From Octopus vulgaris (Eukaryota): a DNA stretch of 64,000 bases. Below are positions 41,274 to 54,437 of this stretch, piece by piece; positions within the stretch are counted from its first letter, which is position 1, and the number at the start of each line of letters is the position of its first letter. The notes below the pieces were generated by a model, which searched no databases, had not been told where the DNA came from, and was given only the letters and a program-made list of their open reading frames with translations. The position numbers were made by a program, and so were the translations under genes. The stretch is from contig OX597824.1 of NCBI GenBank assembly GCA_951406725.2, positions 71,796,001-71,860,000 of the forward strand, in the 5' to 3' direction.

Positions 41274-43695
41274 TGCTTAATATCTGCTTTGCCATGCTTG
41301 CTTTCATGGACGTGACAGAATTTGTTGACACAAACTTTCTAGGGTTGCATGCTCTTCTTATCATTAACTCTCACCTGCTTCCAAGCAAGCTCATATTTCC
41401 TTAATGCCAGACAGGTTTTTCATGGAAGACTGAAAAAAGACAATATTGCTTGTGTGAGAGTATTACTTGTTTGTAACCATTATGTGATGTGAAGAGAAGG
41501 CTACACACACGTGTGTGTGTGCATGCATGTGTACATCCATATGTATGTACATATGCACAACAGGATTCCTTCAGTTTCTGTTTACTAAAATCAAGGCTTT
41601 GGTCAGGCCAAGGCTACATTAGAAGACAGTTGCCCGAGGTGCTGCACTGTGGGACTGAACTCAAAACCACATAGTTGGGAAGGAAGCTCCTAAATCACAC
41701 AGCCACATATCTACTTACATATATATGTATACATATATATATATATATATACAAAAAGAGAGAGAAAGAGAGAAATTCATAGGTACATAGCAATGTAGAT
41801 CATTATTGATTTTGATAGACAGAGAGAAAAATATCAATCATGAGACCCATCAGTGAATATATATTGACGAATAGATTAATCGATTTAAAGGTCCAATTGT
41901 TCAACTGTCTATCTAAAGAAATCAGAAATATAAAAGGAACCTCTACTGAAACATTAAAAAAAAAACATTGGATAAATTTGATCAACTAACCATTCAAAGT
42001 TACACTCAGAGAAGAGCAGCTGCTACAAACTCAATCATAGACCAACATCCAACGATAAAGAGACAGCAAAACTGAAAGAAGATAAATTGTAGGTGGTGCT
42101 CCAGTATGGCTGCAGTCCTATGACTGAAACTATTTGAAAGAATAAAAAGGAAAGAACAGCTAGATGTATAACATAGGCAAACAGACAAGCAGAGAGACAT
42201 ACAAATTTGACCATTTAGCATTTAAACTAGCCATATCTGGCTCATATATTCTACTTGTTTTATGTTTAAACTGGTCAGATCTGGCTTATCACACCTACCC
42301 TACAATGTCATCATCATCATCATTGTTTAACATCCGCTTTCCATGCTAGTATGGGTTGGATGGTTTGACCGGGGTTTGGGAAGCCAGGAGGCTGCACCAG
42401 GCTCCAGTCTGATCTGGCAGTGTTTCTACAGCTGGATGCCCTTCCTAACGCCAATCACTCCATGAGTGTAGTGGGTGCTTTTTATGTGCCACCGGCACAG
42501 GGGCCAGAGGAGGCTGGCAAACGACCATGATTGGTTAGTGCTTTTACGTGTCACCGACACGGATGCCAGTCAGGCAGTACTGGCATCTGCCACGTTCGGA
42601 CGGTGCTTTTAACTTGTCACCGGCATGGGTATCTTAACTATAATTTCCATTTGATTTTCATTTTGATGTTGGTATTGATGTACTTGACTCACAAGGTCTC
42701 CTCAAGAACAGCAGGTCACTCCATGATCCAAGGTTAGCACAGCAGGCTGTCCTGCGAGCCATGAACTCACTTCATTTGTTGGGTCTTCATAGTCACAGCA
42801 TATCTCAGAGGTCTTGGTCTTCGTCATTTCCTCTGTGAGGCACTACGTGCCACCGGCATGGGTAAAAAAATCAACAATCACATCATTGAAATCTTTTGAA
42901 TACAAGATAATGCATGATTAATTAAAATCAGTGTGACTATGTATGTATTATATCTGACAGCAACCTGAATGCCGAATGGTTAAATTAAGTGTTAGTTATG
43001 TTTAGGACATTTTAACCACTTCACTGGAAGTTAGTGCCATAATTAGATATATCAGCTGGGCTTAACCCAATTTAACTGGGCCAAGTACATAACCATCTAA
43101 CCCATACTTAGTCTGGCTTGTCTGACTGACAAACAGGTTTCACTTGTACTTCATGGTTGGGTTTGTTAGCTGAACAAAAAGGGCAGACATCCAGCTGTTG
43201 AAGCAATAAGAAATTGCTCTAACAGTATTGAAGTCTGCTGACCTCACCACCACCAACTCAAGTTGTTGGCATGAATAAGTAATGGAGAGAAAATAGTCAA
43301 AAAAAAAGAAGAAAAAAGAATGGAAAAGGAAAGTGTAATCAAGATTGTAGAACTGGTTTTATCTGTTTTAGCTGAGATTTCTTTTTTTAACTCCTTTACT
43401 CTGGTGTTATTTTTTGTGGTTCGTTTGTGAAGGTGGTGGGGGTATTTAGTGGCTGGTCAGGTTAATTATGACAAAAGAAAGATATTGTAGCTGTGACCAC
43501 CCCATCTTATTTGTGCATCAGGAACATACCTCGTTGTCCTTGTATTTTATCCTTCTCTATTCAAAGCAGTAGCATGTGATTTGAAGGAGGCCTTCTATTT
43601 CTAACAGATGAGGTATTGTTAAAATTTGAAGAGCAGGGTAAATAACCAAGTCTGTTCTTAATTTTTTAGTGATTTCTCTTAAGTAATGGTATGTA

Positions 43696-44490
43696 TGAGG
43701 GTCAGCTAAAATGTTCATAGGCTGACCAAGATGCTTTCATGGAATGGGACCAAATGAGGTTTATTTTTTCAACATAGACCCCACTCCTTGTGGTCCACAC
43801 ACTTCTTTCATCAGTGTTGCAGTGCTTGGGTCCTGTTGGTGAAGAAGCTTTCATCTTGTCGGTCAAAAACATCATCAAAGCCACAGTCACACACAATAGT
43901 CATTGAAATGAAGGACTTATTTACTGGAGCATGTCCTGGTGAAACATGACCCCCTTTTGTCAGTTTTCCTGGACATTTGGTTTTGATAACCTTTTGTAAC
44001 TGCCTCAGCAAGCTGGCATAATATTCTCCATTGGTATTATGGCCCTTTTGAAGATAATCAATAAACACATTGCATTTTCCATCCCAAAAATGTGAGGCTG
44101 TCACCTTCCCTGCAGATGAAATAACCTTGGCCTCTTTTAAAACAAGTGAGGAGGGGTGTTTCCACTGCATGGATTGTCTCTCTGCCTCTGGCTCAAGGTG
44201 ATGAAGCTAGCACTCACCCTAACTTAGGAAACATTCAAGGAAACCAGCTGGACTTGCTGCAAACAATATCAGATCTATCTGTGATATGATCTGGTGTCAG
44301 ATGTGGCACCCACCGAACAGCAACCTTTGTCATGCTAAGTTCATTGTGCAGAATGGTTTCAACTCACTCACAGATATGCTAATAGTGTTGGCTATTTGAT
44401 TTATAGTCAATCACTTGTCATCCATCACTCTGTAGTGAACATGATCAATGGTTTCCTTGATGGTGACAGTTGCAAGATGTACAGACCTTG
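43696..44490 (-). mobile_element. Mariner transposase remnant
   Basis: ORF 43811-44170 reads MQWKHPSS...SAGKV.AS.FWD...IDYLQKG..NGEYYASLL; TIR-like end at 43696. Confidence 0.92.
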
Positions 44491-45565
44491 GATCCTCTCT
44501 TATTGCCTGGAGGACTATGATGAAAAAGAGGGGGCTGAGGACTGATCCTTGGTGTACCCCTATCCCTACCTGGAATTTTTCACTGTACTCGTTGCCAACC
44601 CTCAATTTACTGGCAGTATCCCTGTACATAGCTTGCACAGCTGTCACTAACCATTAATCTATCCCTAGTTTCTTCATTGACCACCAGATAAGGGATTGGG
44701 ACCCTGTCAAAGGCTTTCTTCCATGTCAACGAAAGCCAAGTACAGAGGTTTATCTTTGGCTAGGTATTTCTCCTGCAGCTGTCTTACCAGAAATATTGCA
44801 TCAGCGGTGCTTTTCCCTGGTATGAACCCAAACTGTATCTCATCTAGACTGACTCTCTCCCTAATTAGTTGAGCTATGACCCTCTCTGTGACCTTCATTA
44901 CCTGATCCAACATCTTGATACCTCTGTAATTATTTATATCTAAAGACTTTGCACCATCCACAGATCTGGTCAGTGGCTATCAGCAGGTTGTTCCATAGAA
45001 ACCTCCTGTTGTCTTCCACATTATGTGATGCTATATCCCCCTCTATTTCGTCAAAAGCTTTGAGTAATATGTCTCTAAATCTCTGTCTATTCGCAGGATC
45101 TTTAAGCTTCCAGACCCTTCTCCTTCATGCTGGTTGTCTTCTGGTCATCCATTTAGCCCTGATCCTGAAGTCGCTAACTACTAGTCTAAGTTGTGGGGTA
45201 CATTCTTCGCCTGGAAAGGTTTTGGCATTTATAAGCAGCCATCTTTCCCTTTTTCTGGCGAGGATGTAGTCAATTTGGCTAGTGTCTCTACCAGATCGGT
45301 AGGTGACTGGCAGGTTTCTTGAAGTTAGTATTCCAAACCGTAAGATCATTTGCTTCGCAGATCTCCAGCAGCCTGGTTCCCTCCTCATTGCGAGAACCAA
45401 AACCATAGCCTCCATGTACGCCATGGAAGCCCCCTGCATGTTGTCCAACATATCCATTGAAGTCACCAGCTACAAAGAGAAGATCCCTGTCATTTGTCAA
45501 CAATGTAGTCTGCAAGGGGGTGTCATAAAATTGGTCTTTCTGTCCATGATATTGACAAATGTTCT
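44490..45565 (-). mobile_element. RTE-like LINE fragment (APE endonuclease + RT, internally deleted)
   Basis: GDFNG.VG, SQIDYIL, NYRGI, QFGF.PGKST.DAIF, LYLAFVD and GVHQGSVLSP motifs in broken frames. Confidence 0.95.
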
Positions 45566-45574
45566 GAGGGACTC

Positions 45575-46112
45575 GCAACCAGCAGAACTAAGAAAAACAT
45601 CGTAGATGTGCCTGCAGCTGTGTGGGGAAATCGTTGAATCACCATCTATGAGTTATCAGAGGATGTGCATATTAGTTACAGTTCAGTTCAATCCATTATC
45701 ACTGAAGATTTGGGTATGAGAAGTGTGTCTGCTAAGTTTGTAACAAAACAGCTTTCAGCTGAACAAAAAGACCCTCGGTTTTCAGTTGCACAAAATCTCC
45801 TTGATTATGTCAAGAACAATGAAAACTTTTTGAAAACTTTGTGTAGGCCTTTGAGCAGGTATCGTCAAGCTTTTGGCAAAGTTTGGTGCAGATCTTCTGC
45901 TCAACTTTTTCTGTCATGGTCAGTGTGACAATCACATGCTACACACCTTCCTTCCAGGCACTGCTGTAAACAGCGGGAGTGAGCTAGGACATAAAACTTA
46001 GTGTGCATACACAGCAGAGTTCAAGGTCAATGTGTGCCAAGCAGCTTTACTCTGCTTGCTTTAGCTTTCTTACTATGGCAACAGTCTGGATACTTATTGG
46101 TCAGACCTCATA
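45575..46112. mobile_element. Mariner-derived palindromic MITE, partial
   Basis: TIR gatacttattggtcagacc; same internal inversion junction as 56978-57828. Confidence 0.85.
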
Positions 46113-46119
46113 AATATGC

Positions 46120-46191
<72 letters not shown>

Positions 46192-46335
46192 TGATTGAAT
46201 GCCACGCATCTATTTCCAAATAGGTTTTTCTTTTTGATGCAACTCTAATCTATACTGTTTTCTGTCTCATCCTTTCTCAAATTCCCCTTTTTACCTCTCT
46301 TTCACCATTTTCTAGCTGTCTCCCTCTGTATTTAT

Positions 46336-46554
46336 ATCGTTTACTCTTTTACTTGTTTCAGTCATTCAACTGTGGCCATGCTGGTGCACTGCTTTTAGTC
46401 GAGCAAATCAACCCCAGGTCTTATTCTTTGTAAGCCTAGTACTTATTCTATCAGTCTCTTTTACCAAACTGCTAGGTTACGGGGACGTAAACACACAACC
46501 ATCAGTTGTCAAGCAATGTTGGGGGGACAAACACAGACAAACACAGACACACAA

Positions 46555-46601
<47 letters not shown>

Positions 46602-46756
46602 CATACATACGATGGGCTTCTTTCAGTTTCCGTCTACCAAATCCACTCACAAGGTCGGCCTGAGGCTATAGTAGAAGACACTTGCCCAAGGTGCCATGCA
46701 GTGGGACTGAACCTGGAAGCATGTGGTTTGTAAGCAAGCTAATTACCATGCAGCCG

Positions 46757-46760
<4 letters not shown>
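46336..46760 (-). mobile_element. SINE family A
   Basis: Full-length copy. Confidence 0.88.
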
Positions 46761-46806
<46 letters not shown>

Positions 46807-47118
46807 TGTATGGCCACAGTTGAAACACTCCTGTCACAATCTGGGACCTTGAAGACTGCTTTAATGCAAGAAAGTATACTAGTCCCTTAATATTTGATAT
46901 TCAATATTTCATCTATTCAATAAGACAATCAATACTTCATTTCATTTTACACTATATATATTATTTATACTATATATTCTATATTCTACGTTAATATTAT
47001 AAAGAATATAAATAAAACATAAAAAACAGACAGAGTTGGAATTCCTTTGAATAATATATATATCTCTATACACAATCATACAAGCCCCTTCCCTTCTCTG
47101 GATCTTTCCTTCTCCTAT

Positions 47119-47153
47119 GTTTCCGACGAAGAGCTCCGCTCGAAACGTTAAAC
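47119..47153 (+). ncRNA. Minimal type I hammerhead ribozyme motif (Penelope-type; C in place of U4)
   Basis: gttt-CCGACGA-a-gagc-tcc-gctc-GAAAC-GTT-aaac: stems I and II pair, and stem III is the palindrome AACGTT. Confidence 0.7.
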
Positions 47154-47243
47154 CCTCCTTCTTTCCTGTGCGTCCAGTAATACTATATTTGTTCCACGTC
47201 CTCGTGTTGTTGTGTTTTTTTGTGCTTTCTTGTTTGGATTAAC

Positions 47244-47307
<64 letters not shown>

Positions 47308-47309
47308 AT

Positions 47310-47346
<37 letters not shown>

Positions 47347-48065
47347 GGTCAACAAAAGAGACTGATAGAATAAGTACTAGGCTTAAAAAATAAGTCCTGG
47401 GGGGCAATTTGTTGGATTAAAACAACTCTTCAAAGTGGTGCTCCAGTATGGCCGCAGTCAGATGACTGAAACAAGTAGAAGAATAAAAGAATAAAATAAT
47501 GCCTTTGATAATTGTCTTTCGGACCAGACTAACTTGGGGCCAAATAACATCAACGCAGTTATAACCATCCCACTGACAGCAAGTTCATGAACTTAGTTAT
47601 TTGTACTTGTAGATATATTATCTTTTACATAGTTATATACATAGTTTGTAGTTATGTTTACAGCAGTGCTTGGAACCATAACAATCGCCATCACTACTAC
47701 CACCATCGCCACCACCACCACTACTGCCACTAACATCACAGCTGCTATTTTCACCACTATTAACTTCACCACCACCACAACCACCACTATCACCAATAGC
47801 AACAAAAACATCACAATTGTCACCACTCTTCTTATCATCACCACCACCACCACCCCTACTCAGCACTTATCTCCAACTTGACCACCACTGCTGACCACAT
47901 AATTGCAATTAATGTGACTGTCATAATTATAATCACCATCACTACCACTACTACCACCACCATCATGACTTTTAGCACCACAAACATCCTCTACTACTTC
48001 TACTACTACTGTTACTACTACTACTGCTACTGCTACTACTACTGTTACTACTACTACTGCTACTG

Positions 48066-48122
<57 letters not shown>

Positions 48123-48582
48123 TCAACATCAGTTCCTTCTCCGCTACCATCCTCATTATTAACACCATAACCACCAACATCACTCTCTACTACTTCTAAC
48201 ACCACCACCACTATCACTCCTTGTACTACCACTCTCATTGCAATCACCCCAACCTTCCATTACCTCCTCACCACTACCACCCCTCCACTTTCCCAATCAT
48301 CCTCACAATTTCAACCAGGGAACTGAACCAAACCAAACAAGATTTATTTAATGTCAGCTAAACTCTTACCTCTGAATTGCTGACTTCCCAAACTACTTAA
48401 TATATAATATTTTAAGTGCAGTGCCAAGCTGCACCCTCTCTGACAATAACAACAGCCAATACGGTTGCTAAAACAACAGCCAAATTTCTTTCTTTTCATT
48501 CAGATAAGGACTTGTTGGACAATGTAATTCTAAATATATATATATATATTTATCTATATATATATATTTATATATATATATA

Positions 48583-48935
48583 GTCTGATCAATAAGTATC
48601 TGGACTTTTACCATAGTAATGAGCTAAAGCATGCAGAGTGAAGCCGCTTTGGCACAGATTGACTTTGCACTTTGCTCTGCATGTGCACTGAGTTTTAATG
48701 TTCTAGCTCACTTTTGCTGTTTACAGCAGTGCTTGGAAGGAAGGTGTGTAGCATGTGATCATCGCACTGACCATAACAGAGCAAGTTGAGCAGAGAATCT
48801 GCATAAAATTTTGCCAAAAGCTTGGCAATACCTGCTCAGGTGCCTATGCATAGTTTTCAAAAAGTTTTCATCATTCTTGACACAATCAAGGAAATTTTGT
48901 GCAATTGAAACCCAAGTGTCTTTTTGGTCAGCTGG
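48583..48935 (+). mobile_element. Mariner-derived palindromic MITE, partial
   Basis: TIR gtctgatcaataagtatc; homologous to 56981-57310. Confidence 0.85.
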
Positions 48936-50478
48936 TGAGATTGATTCTATTAAAGTTCGTTTTGCGCTTTTGCAATGCAACACATGTAGAAAAGACGTAA
49001 ACTGAGAGGGAATTTCAAGGGGCTGTCATTCTGGGAAAGAAGGACTGGGTGTAATGACTAGTGCAAGGTCCTAGGAAAGGATTGATGAGAAGAGGAGAGG
49101 CAAGTGGGATGGGAATGTCTGTGATAGTCATTGATGGATGAGTAGTAAAGTTAAGCCTGAAAAGAGTTAAAAACTCTGTATATAGAGTGCTGAGTCTAAT
49201 TTTTAAAAAAATGCTTAACCAAATTCAGAAGGATTGGATATTTTGATGTTGACACCTTTCCAGGTAATATCAACAATATGAGGGAATTTATTTCAACCAA
49301 AATTTGAAACTATGTTAATGTTGACTCGCAAGACGCTTACATGTTGATCTAGGTGGCTTTCTGTTGATGTAATATAAAATATCGTAAAACATTTTAGTCT
49401 GGTGTGTTCTTCAGTTTCTGCCAATTCATCTCCTGAAGGAAATAAAATCATTGCAACTATTTCAAGTACTAAACCACATCCACTCTCTCTCTATATATGT
49501 ATATCTATGTATGTGTGTATATATATATATATAAATGGAACAAAAATGCAACAGAGGGCATTCAAATGTTTGGACAGATAGACGATACAAAAGCGGACAA
49601 GAGAAACAACAATTAGAAGGACAGATGGGTCATTCTAGGCTTTCTTTCATCGGTCAAGTCCCAGAAGTCACGACCACTTCAGGCAGTTACACTATCAGTG
49701 GTGACTTCGGCACTCAGGCTCTTCGGTCTTAGCCTGAGTATAAATTTAGTAAAGTGAATGTGTATTTGCAAGCTGATTTAATTTCCGCCAACACTGGCTT
49801 TAAGTATGTAATTTCAGCCAATAACTCAGGCTCCTATTATTGAGTCTGGTTGCAGTTCATTTATTTTCGTTCAACATCTGGTGGGCATCTTAGAGGTGCC
49901 CTGTGTCAAAAAATATCATTCGTAGCAGATGTTCTCTTGACATCATTCACACATGCCTGACTTGGACTCAGAAGGTACAGCCTGAGTTGTTATCTATAAT
50001 CGTAAAAATTCAAAGTAACCCAAATCCAATGTTTTCTTGAAACAATAAATTTCTGTTGAGATTAGGATTTAAATTCCAATCTATGAAAAGTTTCTGTTCT
50101 ATAATATTCTTAAAGGAGCAAAAAAATTATCCAGCAGCTCAGGCTAATACGAACAAGCCTGGTAAGTGTAAAAGACTAACTGGTATCTCTTGTCAAGAGT
50201 ACAGGCGACAGTCAGATCGCTGATGTTTGTTGTGCACTCTGCTGTTGTTATTTGATTGCTCTTATTCTGTTGTCTGTATGTAAACATCAGTTGTGTTTTG
50301 CAGGGTTGCTTTATTTTTACTCTTAACTTAGAAATAGAGAAAGACATAGTGCTAGATATAAAAAAATAAGCCATTTGGGGCTAGAAATAAAGCGGAAAAA
50401 CGAGAAATTCTTTGAGAAGGCATGTGTCTTATGCAAGATCTGTGTTGAGCTTAAGTGATGCTGATGACATGGAGTTGC

Positions 50479-50533
<55 letters not shown>

Positions 50534-50920
50534 GCTACTTTGCAAGTCTCTGCACAACGGTGCTCTACACTTGAGCCAAAGAGGAACCTCTACATGGTTG
50601 TTGAGCCTACAAGAAATAGCAGCCAAATTCTATCACATGACACCCTATTTTGGACACTGTTGCCCTAGATATGAAAAATGATGTGGAGGCCATGCCTGAA
50701 ATGCCTTTGATCATAGGACTGTTTCACAACACATTAAAGCTTGATATCACCCTACATTACATTATTGTAAATAATATTATATGTCTTAAAGCTGTCACAG
50801 ATCAGTATTGATTTAGCTATTTGAAAGAAAGTGAAGGCAGATGGCCTTGCATTTTGGGTGTTAGAACCATGATCATTAGGATGTGGGTTCAATTCTTAGG
50901 CAGGAAAGCATGTTGTCCCC

Positions 50921-51556
50921 TTGTGCAAGGCTCTTCATTTTATTTTGTTTCAGTCCAATCAGCCAAAAATGAGTACCAATGGTAGCTAGAGGTTAATGCC
51001 ATAGCAGACTGACATTTCCTTCAGGATGTCTTGTGCTCTTTCTTGCTTAAATGCCACAGAAATTGGGATAAGTTCCACTCTTATGAACTTGTAGATTCAA
51101 GACAGTCTTTAACTATTTTCAACAATAACTGTAAAAATAACATTTTGACTTTGGCTTGAATATTCAAATATGTGTTTGAGGTTTAACTGAATATCTTTGG
51201 CAATTATGTCTTACCAAATGGAATTATTTCTTTAAAAATTGTGCAAGGCTCTTCATTTTATTTTGTTTCAGTCCAATCAGCCAAAAATGAGTACCAATGG
51301 TAGCTAGAGGTTAATGCCATAGCAGACTGACATTTCCTTCAGGATGTCTTGTGCTCTTTCTTGCTTAAATGCCACAGAAATTGGGATAAGTTCCACTCTT
51401 ATGAACTTGTAGATTCAAGACAGTCTTTAACTATTTTCAACAATAACTGTAAAAATAACATTTTGACTTTGGCTTGAATATTCAAATATGTGTTTGAGGT
51501 TTAACTGAATATCTTTGGCAATTATGTCTTACCAAATGGAATTATTTCTTTAAAAA
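50921..51556 (+). repeat. Perfect tandem duplication, 2 x 318 bp
   Basis: 50921-51238 equals 51239-51556. Confidence 0.95.
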
Positions 51557-52717
51557 TGTTAAATATTCTAAATCTGCTATTTCATTTCTAATGGTCTATG
51601 TATACAAAAAAAAAATAGTAATAATAATAAAATGCGAACATTTTTCTCAGTGACAGGAAAAGGAAAGAAAAGAAAAGAAATGTGTTCGTTAAATTCTTGT
51701 ATTTGAGCCAAAAAAACTATTCAGATAATTTTGGCATGTAACTGATGGTGTCATGAATTAGAACACCATTTTTAATCTTGAAGATGCAATATAGCATCAG
51801 ACAGCATCAGATTCGATCATTTATCATCATCAGCCTATGAACCATGCGTGTGTTTTGGAAAAAAAAAACATCTCTGAAAACATGCAGTTTAATTATATTT
51901 GTATGTTGGTTGCATAAGAACAGACTGGTAATGATTTACAAATTATGTTCTGTGCTCTCATTCAATATACTCTGGGCAATGTTGCTGCTATTGTCACTGT
52001 TGCTGTTGTTTGTCTGAAAGGCAGTACTGAACTTGCAGACCTTAAAATCAAAGGTGTTCCAGCTGTGACCATCTTGTTTTTTTTTTGTTTTTTTGCCTTT
52101 CAGACACAATATAAACTACATTGTCAACATAAAAGCCATTTTTTTCTAAGATGGTAAGAGAGATTTGGTTGTTATTTCTAGGAAACCATGTGACTGCAAA
52201 TAGACTCTTCATTATTCTGAGTTCAAATCCTGCTGGGATTGACTTTATCTTTCGTCATTTCGGGTTTGATAAAATAAAGTATTAGTCATGCAATGGTGCC
52301 AACATTATTATATTTTTATTGTTATTGTTGATCTTGTCATTTTACTAGATGTACCATTCCCACCCCTGCACACACACAGTTCCTTAGTTGTTGTTTTTCT
52401 TTGTATTTTGCTTTTATACTATCCCATTGTCTTTGTGAATTTGTTAACTTTGGCTTGTATTAGATAAGGATAAACTATTTATTACTGTTACTACAGCCAC
52501 CTTCACATTCCATGACTGTCATTGGGATCGATCAGGTACTGAACAAGAATTCTGGATTATTTTTCCATTTTTTTTTACTTAATTTTTGAGAGTGGTTGGG
52601 TTCATTTTTAGTATTCCTGTTTATGAGAAATGCTCATTTTAAAAAATCATCTCTGGCTAATCATTGAGAGGATGTTGGTGTTGCCCTGGTGGAGGTTTGC
52701 ACTCTCTGAGTACTCTT

Positions 52718-52960
52718 ATTATTATTTCTCTTTATCACCGGTTTGTTGGAGCCCCTGGAGTGTAGTGGGCTTGCTACCTGCAGCCTACGGTATCATGCTA
52801 TCCTTTTTTTCATCTGTCTAATACTTTCCTGATTATTCTGGCTGTTCCAAGGAGGCAAACCTTTTGTAACAGCCTACGGTATCATGCTATTCCTTCTTTT
52901 CAGCTATCTAATACTTTCCTGATTATTCTGGCTGTGCCTTTTATAACAGCTCTACATTCT
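52718..52960 (-). mobile_element. R4/Dong-like LINE 3' end with an internal ~90-bp duplication
   Basis: Minus frame LLQKVCLLGTARIIRKVLD*, typical of the R4-clade C-terminus; (TAA)n tail at 52718. Confidence 0.65.
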
Positions 52961-53047
52961 TCTTCTTCTTCTTCTTCTTCTTCTTTCCCCCCTCCCCTCC
53001 CCTCCCCTCTCCTCCTCCTTATATTTTATTATTATTATATTATTATA

Positions 53048-53096
<49 letters not shown>

Positions 53097-53097
<1 letters not shown>

Positions 53098-53229
53098 ATT
53101 GTACAATGGATGAGATCCAGGAAGAGTTACCTGTCTCACAACCCCGGTTTATTGTTCTCAGCTATGTGTATAACCATGATGATGGTCGTGTATCATATCC
53201 TCTGATATTCATCTTCGTCAGCCCACAGG
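53097..53229 (+). CDS. GMF: GMF coding exon 4 ([44 protein letters not shown])
   Basis: Carries the diagnostic GMF motif ELP..QPRF...Y...[15 protein letters not shown]; ttcag acceptor, gtgagt donor; 133 nt. Confidence 0.98.
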
Positions 53230-53678
53230 GTGAGTACACTTTGATTTATTCCAATCTATAAACTAACAGTCAGGCAGGATGCCAGGCAGGAAGATGGGTC
53301 GCTGGTTTGGTATGAGGAAAAGCAAGCGCTAACACACTTGATGTGGTAAGCATGAGGTTTATAATTTTAGGTTTGGCAAGTAAATAAATACAGAATACTG
53401 AAGACGGAAAGATTTGGATGCTAGGTAAAACAATAATATAATCAATTCTTAGAAATAGATAGATAGGTAGGATTGAGAGAGAGAGAGTAATAATGAATAA
53501 AAAAAGATCAGAGACAATCAACAGAGAGAAAAATCTGGCTAGTATACAGATAAACAAACACATAAGTAATCAAAGATAATCACTGGAATTGAAGTAAACA
53601 AGTTGGCATAAGTAGACAATTAGGAATCTAATTAGCTACAGTCAGTATTTTAATGTGTGTGTGTGTGTGTGTGTGTGT

Positions 53679-53960
53679 GAGTTCGTGTGCATGTGGGTTT
53701 CACGTGCAGTCTCTCTGCATGTCATCTTGGGCAAGTGTCTCCTTCTATAACCCTGGGCTGGCTAAAGCCTTGTGAGTGGATTTGGTGGATGGAAACTGAA
53801 AGAAGCCCATTGTGTGTGTGTGTGAGTTCGATTGCATGTGGGTTTCACATGCAGTCTCTCTGCATGACATCTTAGGCAAGTGTCTCCTTCTATAACCTTG
53901 GGCTGGCCAAAGCCTTGTGAGTGGATTTGGTGGATGGAAACTGAAAGAAGCCCATTGTGT
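53679..53960 (+). repeat. Tandem 145-bp duplication of a SINE A segment bounded by (TG)n
   Basis: Units start at 53679 and 53824. Confidence 0.88.
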
Positions 53961-54363
53961 GTGTGTGTGGTATGTATGCTTCTGTCTTCTTGCCGTGGCT
54001 TTGCGTAATAGTTGTAAATGAGCATCACTATCATGTAAGTAGTGTGCTTGGTTTCCAATCTTCACTGAAAACATGTCTGGTTATGGGGAATATTAACAGA
54101 AACACAACTAACGGGAAAAATTCACATACAAGACGTTGCCAATTCCTCATCATTCATCATCCAAATGATAACAATTTTCTTCCTAGAACTTAATAATAAG
54201 AGGAGGAGGAGGAGTAGCACTACTGTCATTATTGTCATCATCACCATCACCACCATCACCATCATCATTGTTATCATTTATCATCAGAAATTCTTCCAAC
54301 TGTTAATTTTCTGAAATGTATTTCTTTGCATTGATTTATAATATTATGTTGTTTGTTCTTCAG

Positions 54364-54437
54364 GTTGTAAACCCGAGCAACAGATGCTTTATGCAGGATC
54401 AGTGAGAGCACTAACAAAGGAATTGGAAATGACCAAG
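54364..54437 (+). CDS. GMF: GMF coding exon 5 (GCKPEQQMLYAGSVRALTKELEMTK)
   Basis: GCKPEQQM.YAGS motif; ttcttcag acceptor, gtttgt donor; 74 nt, phase 1 to 0. Confidence 0.97.

Noticed and set aside
50116-50167. Cryptic cassette exon ending CCTG|gtaagt in intron 3
   Set aside because: Strong donor but no adequate polypyrimidine tract or acceptor; expected by chance.
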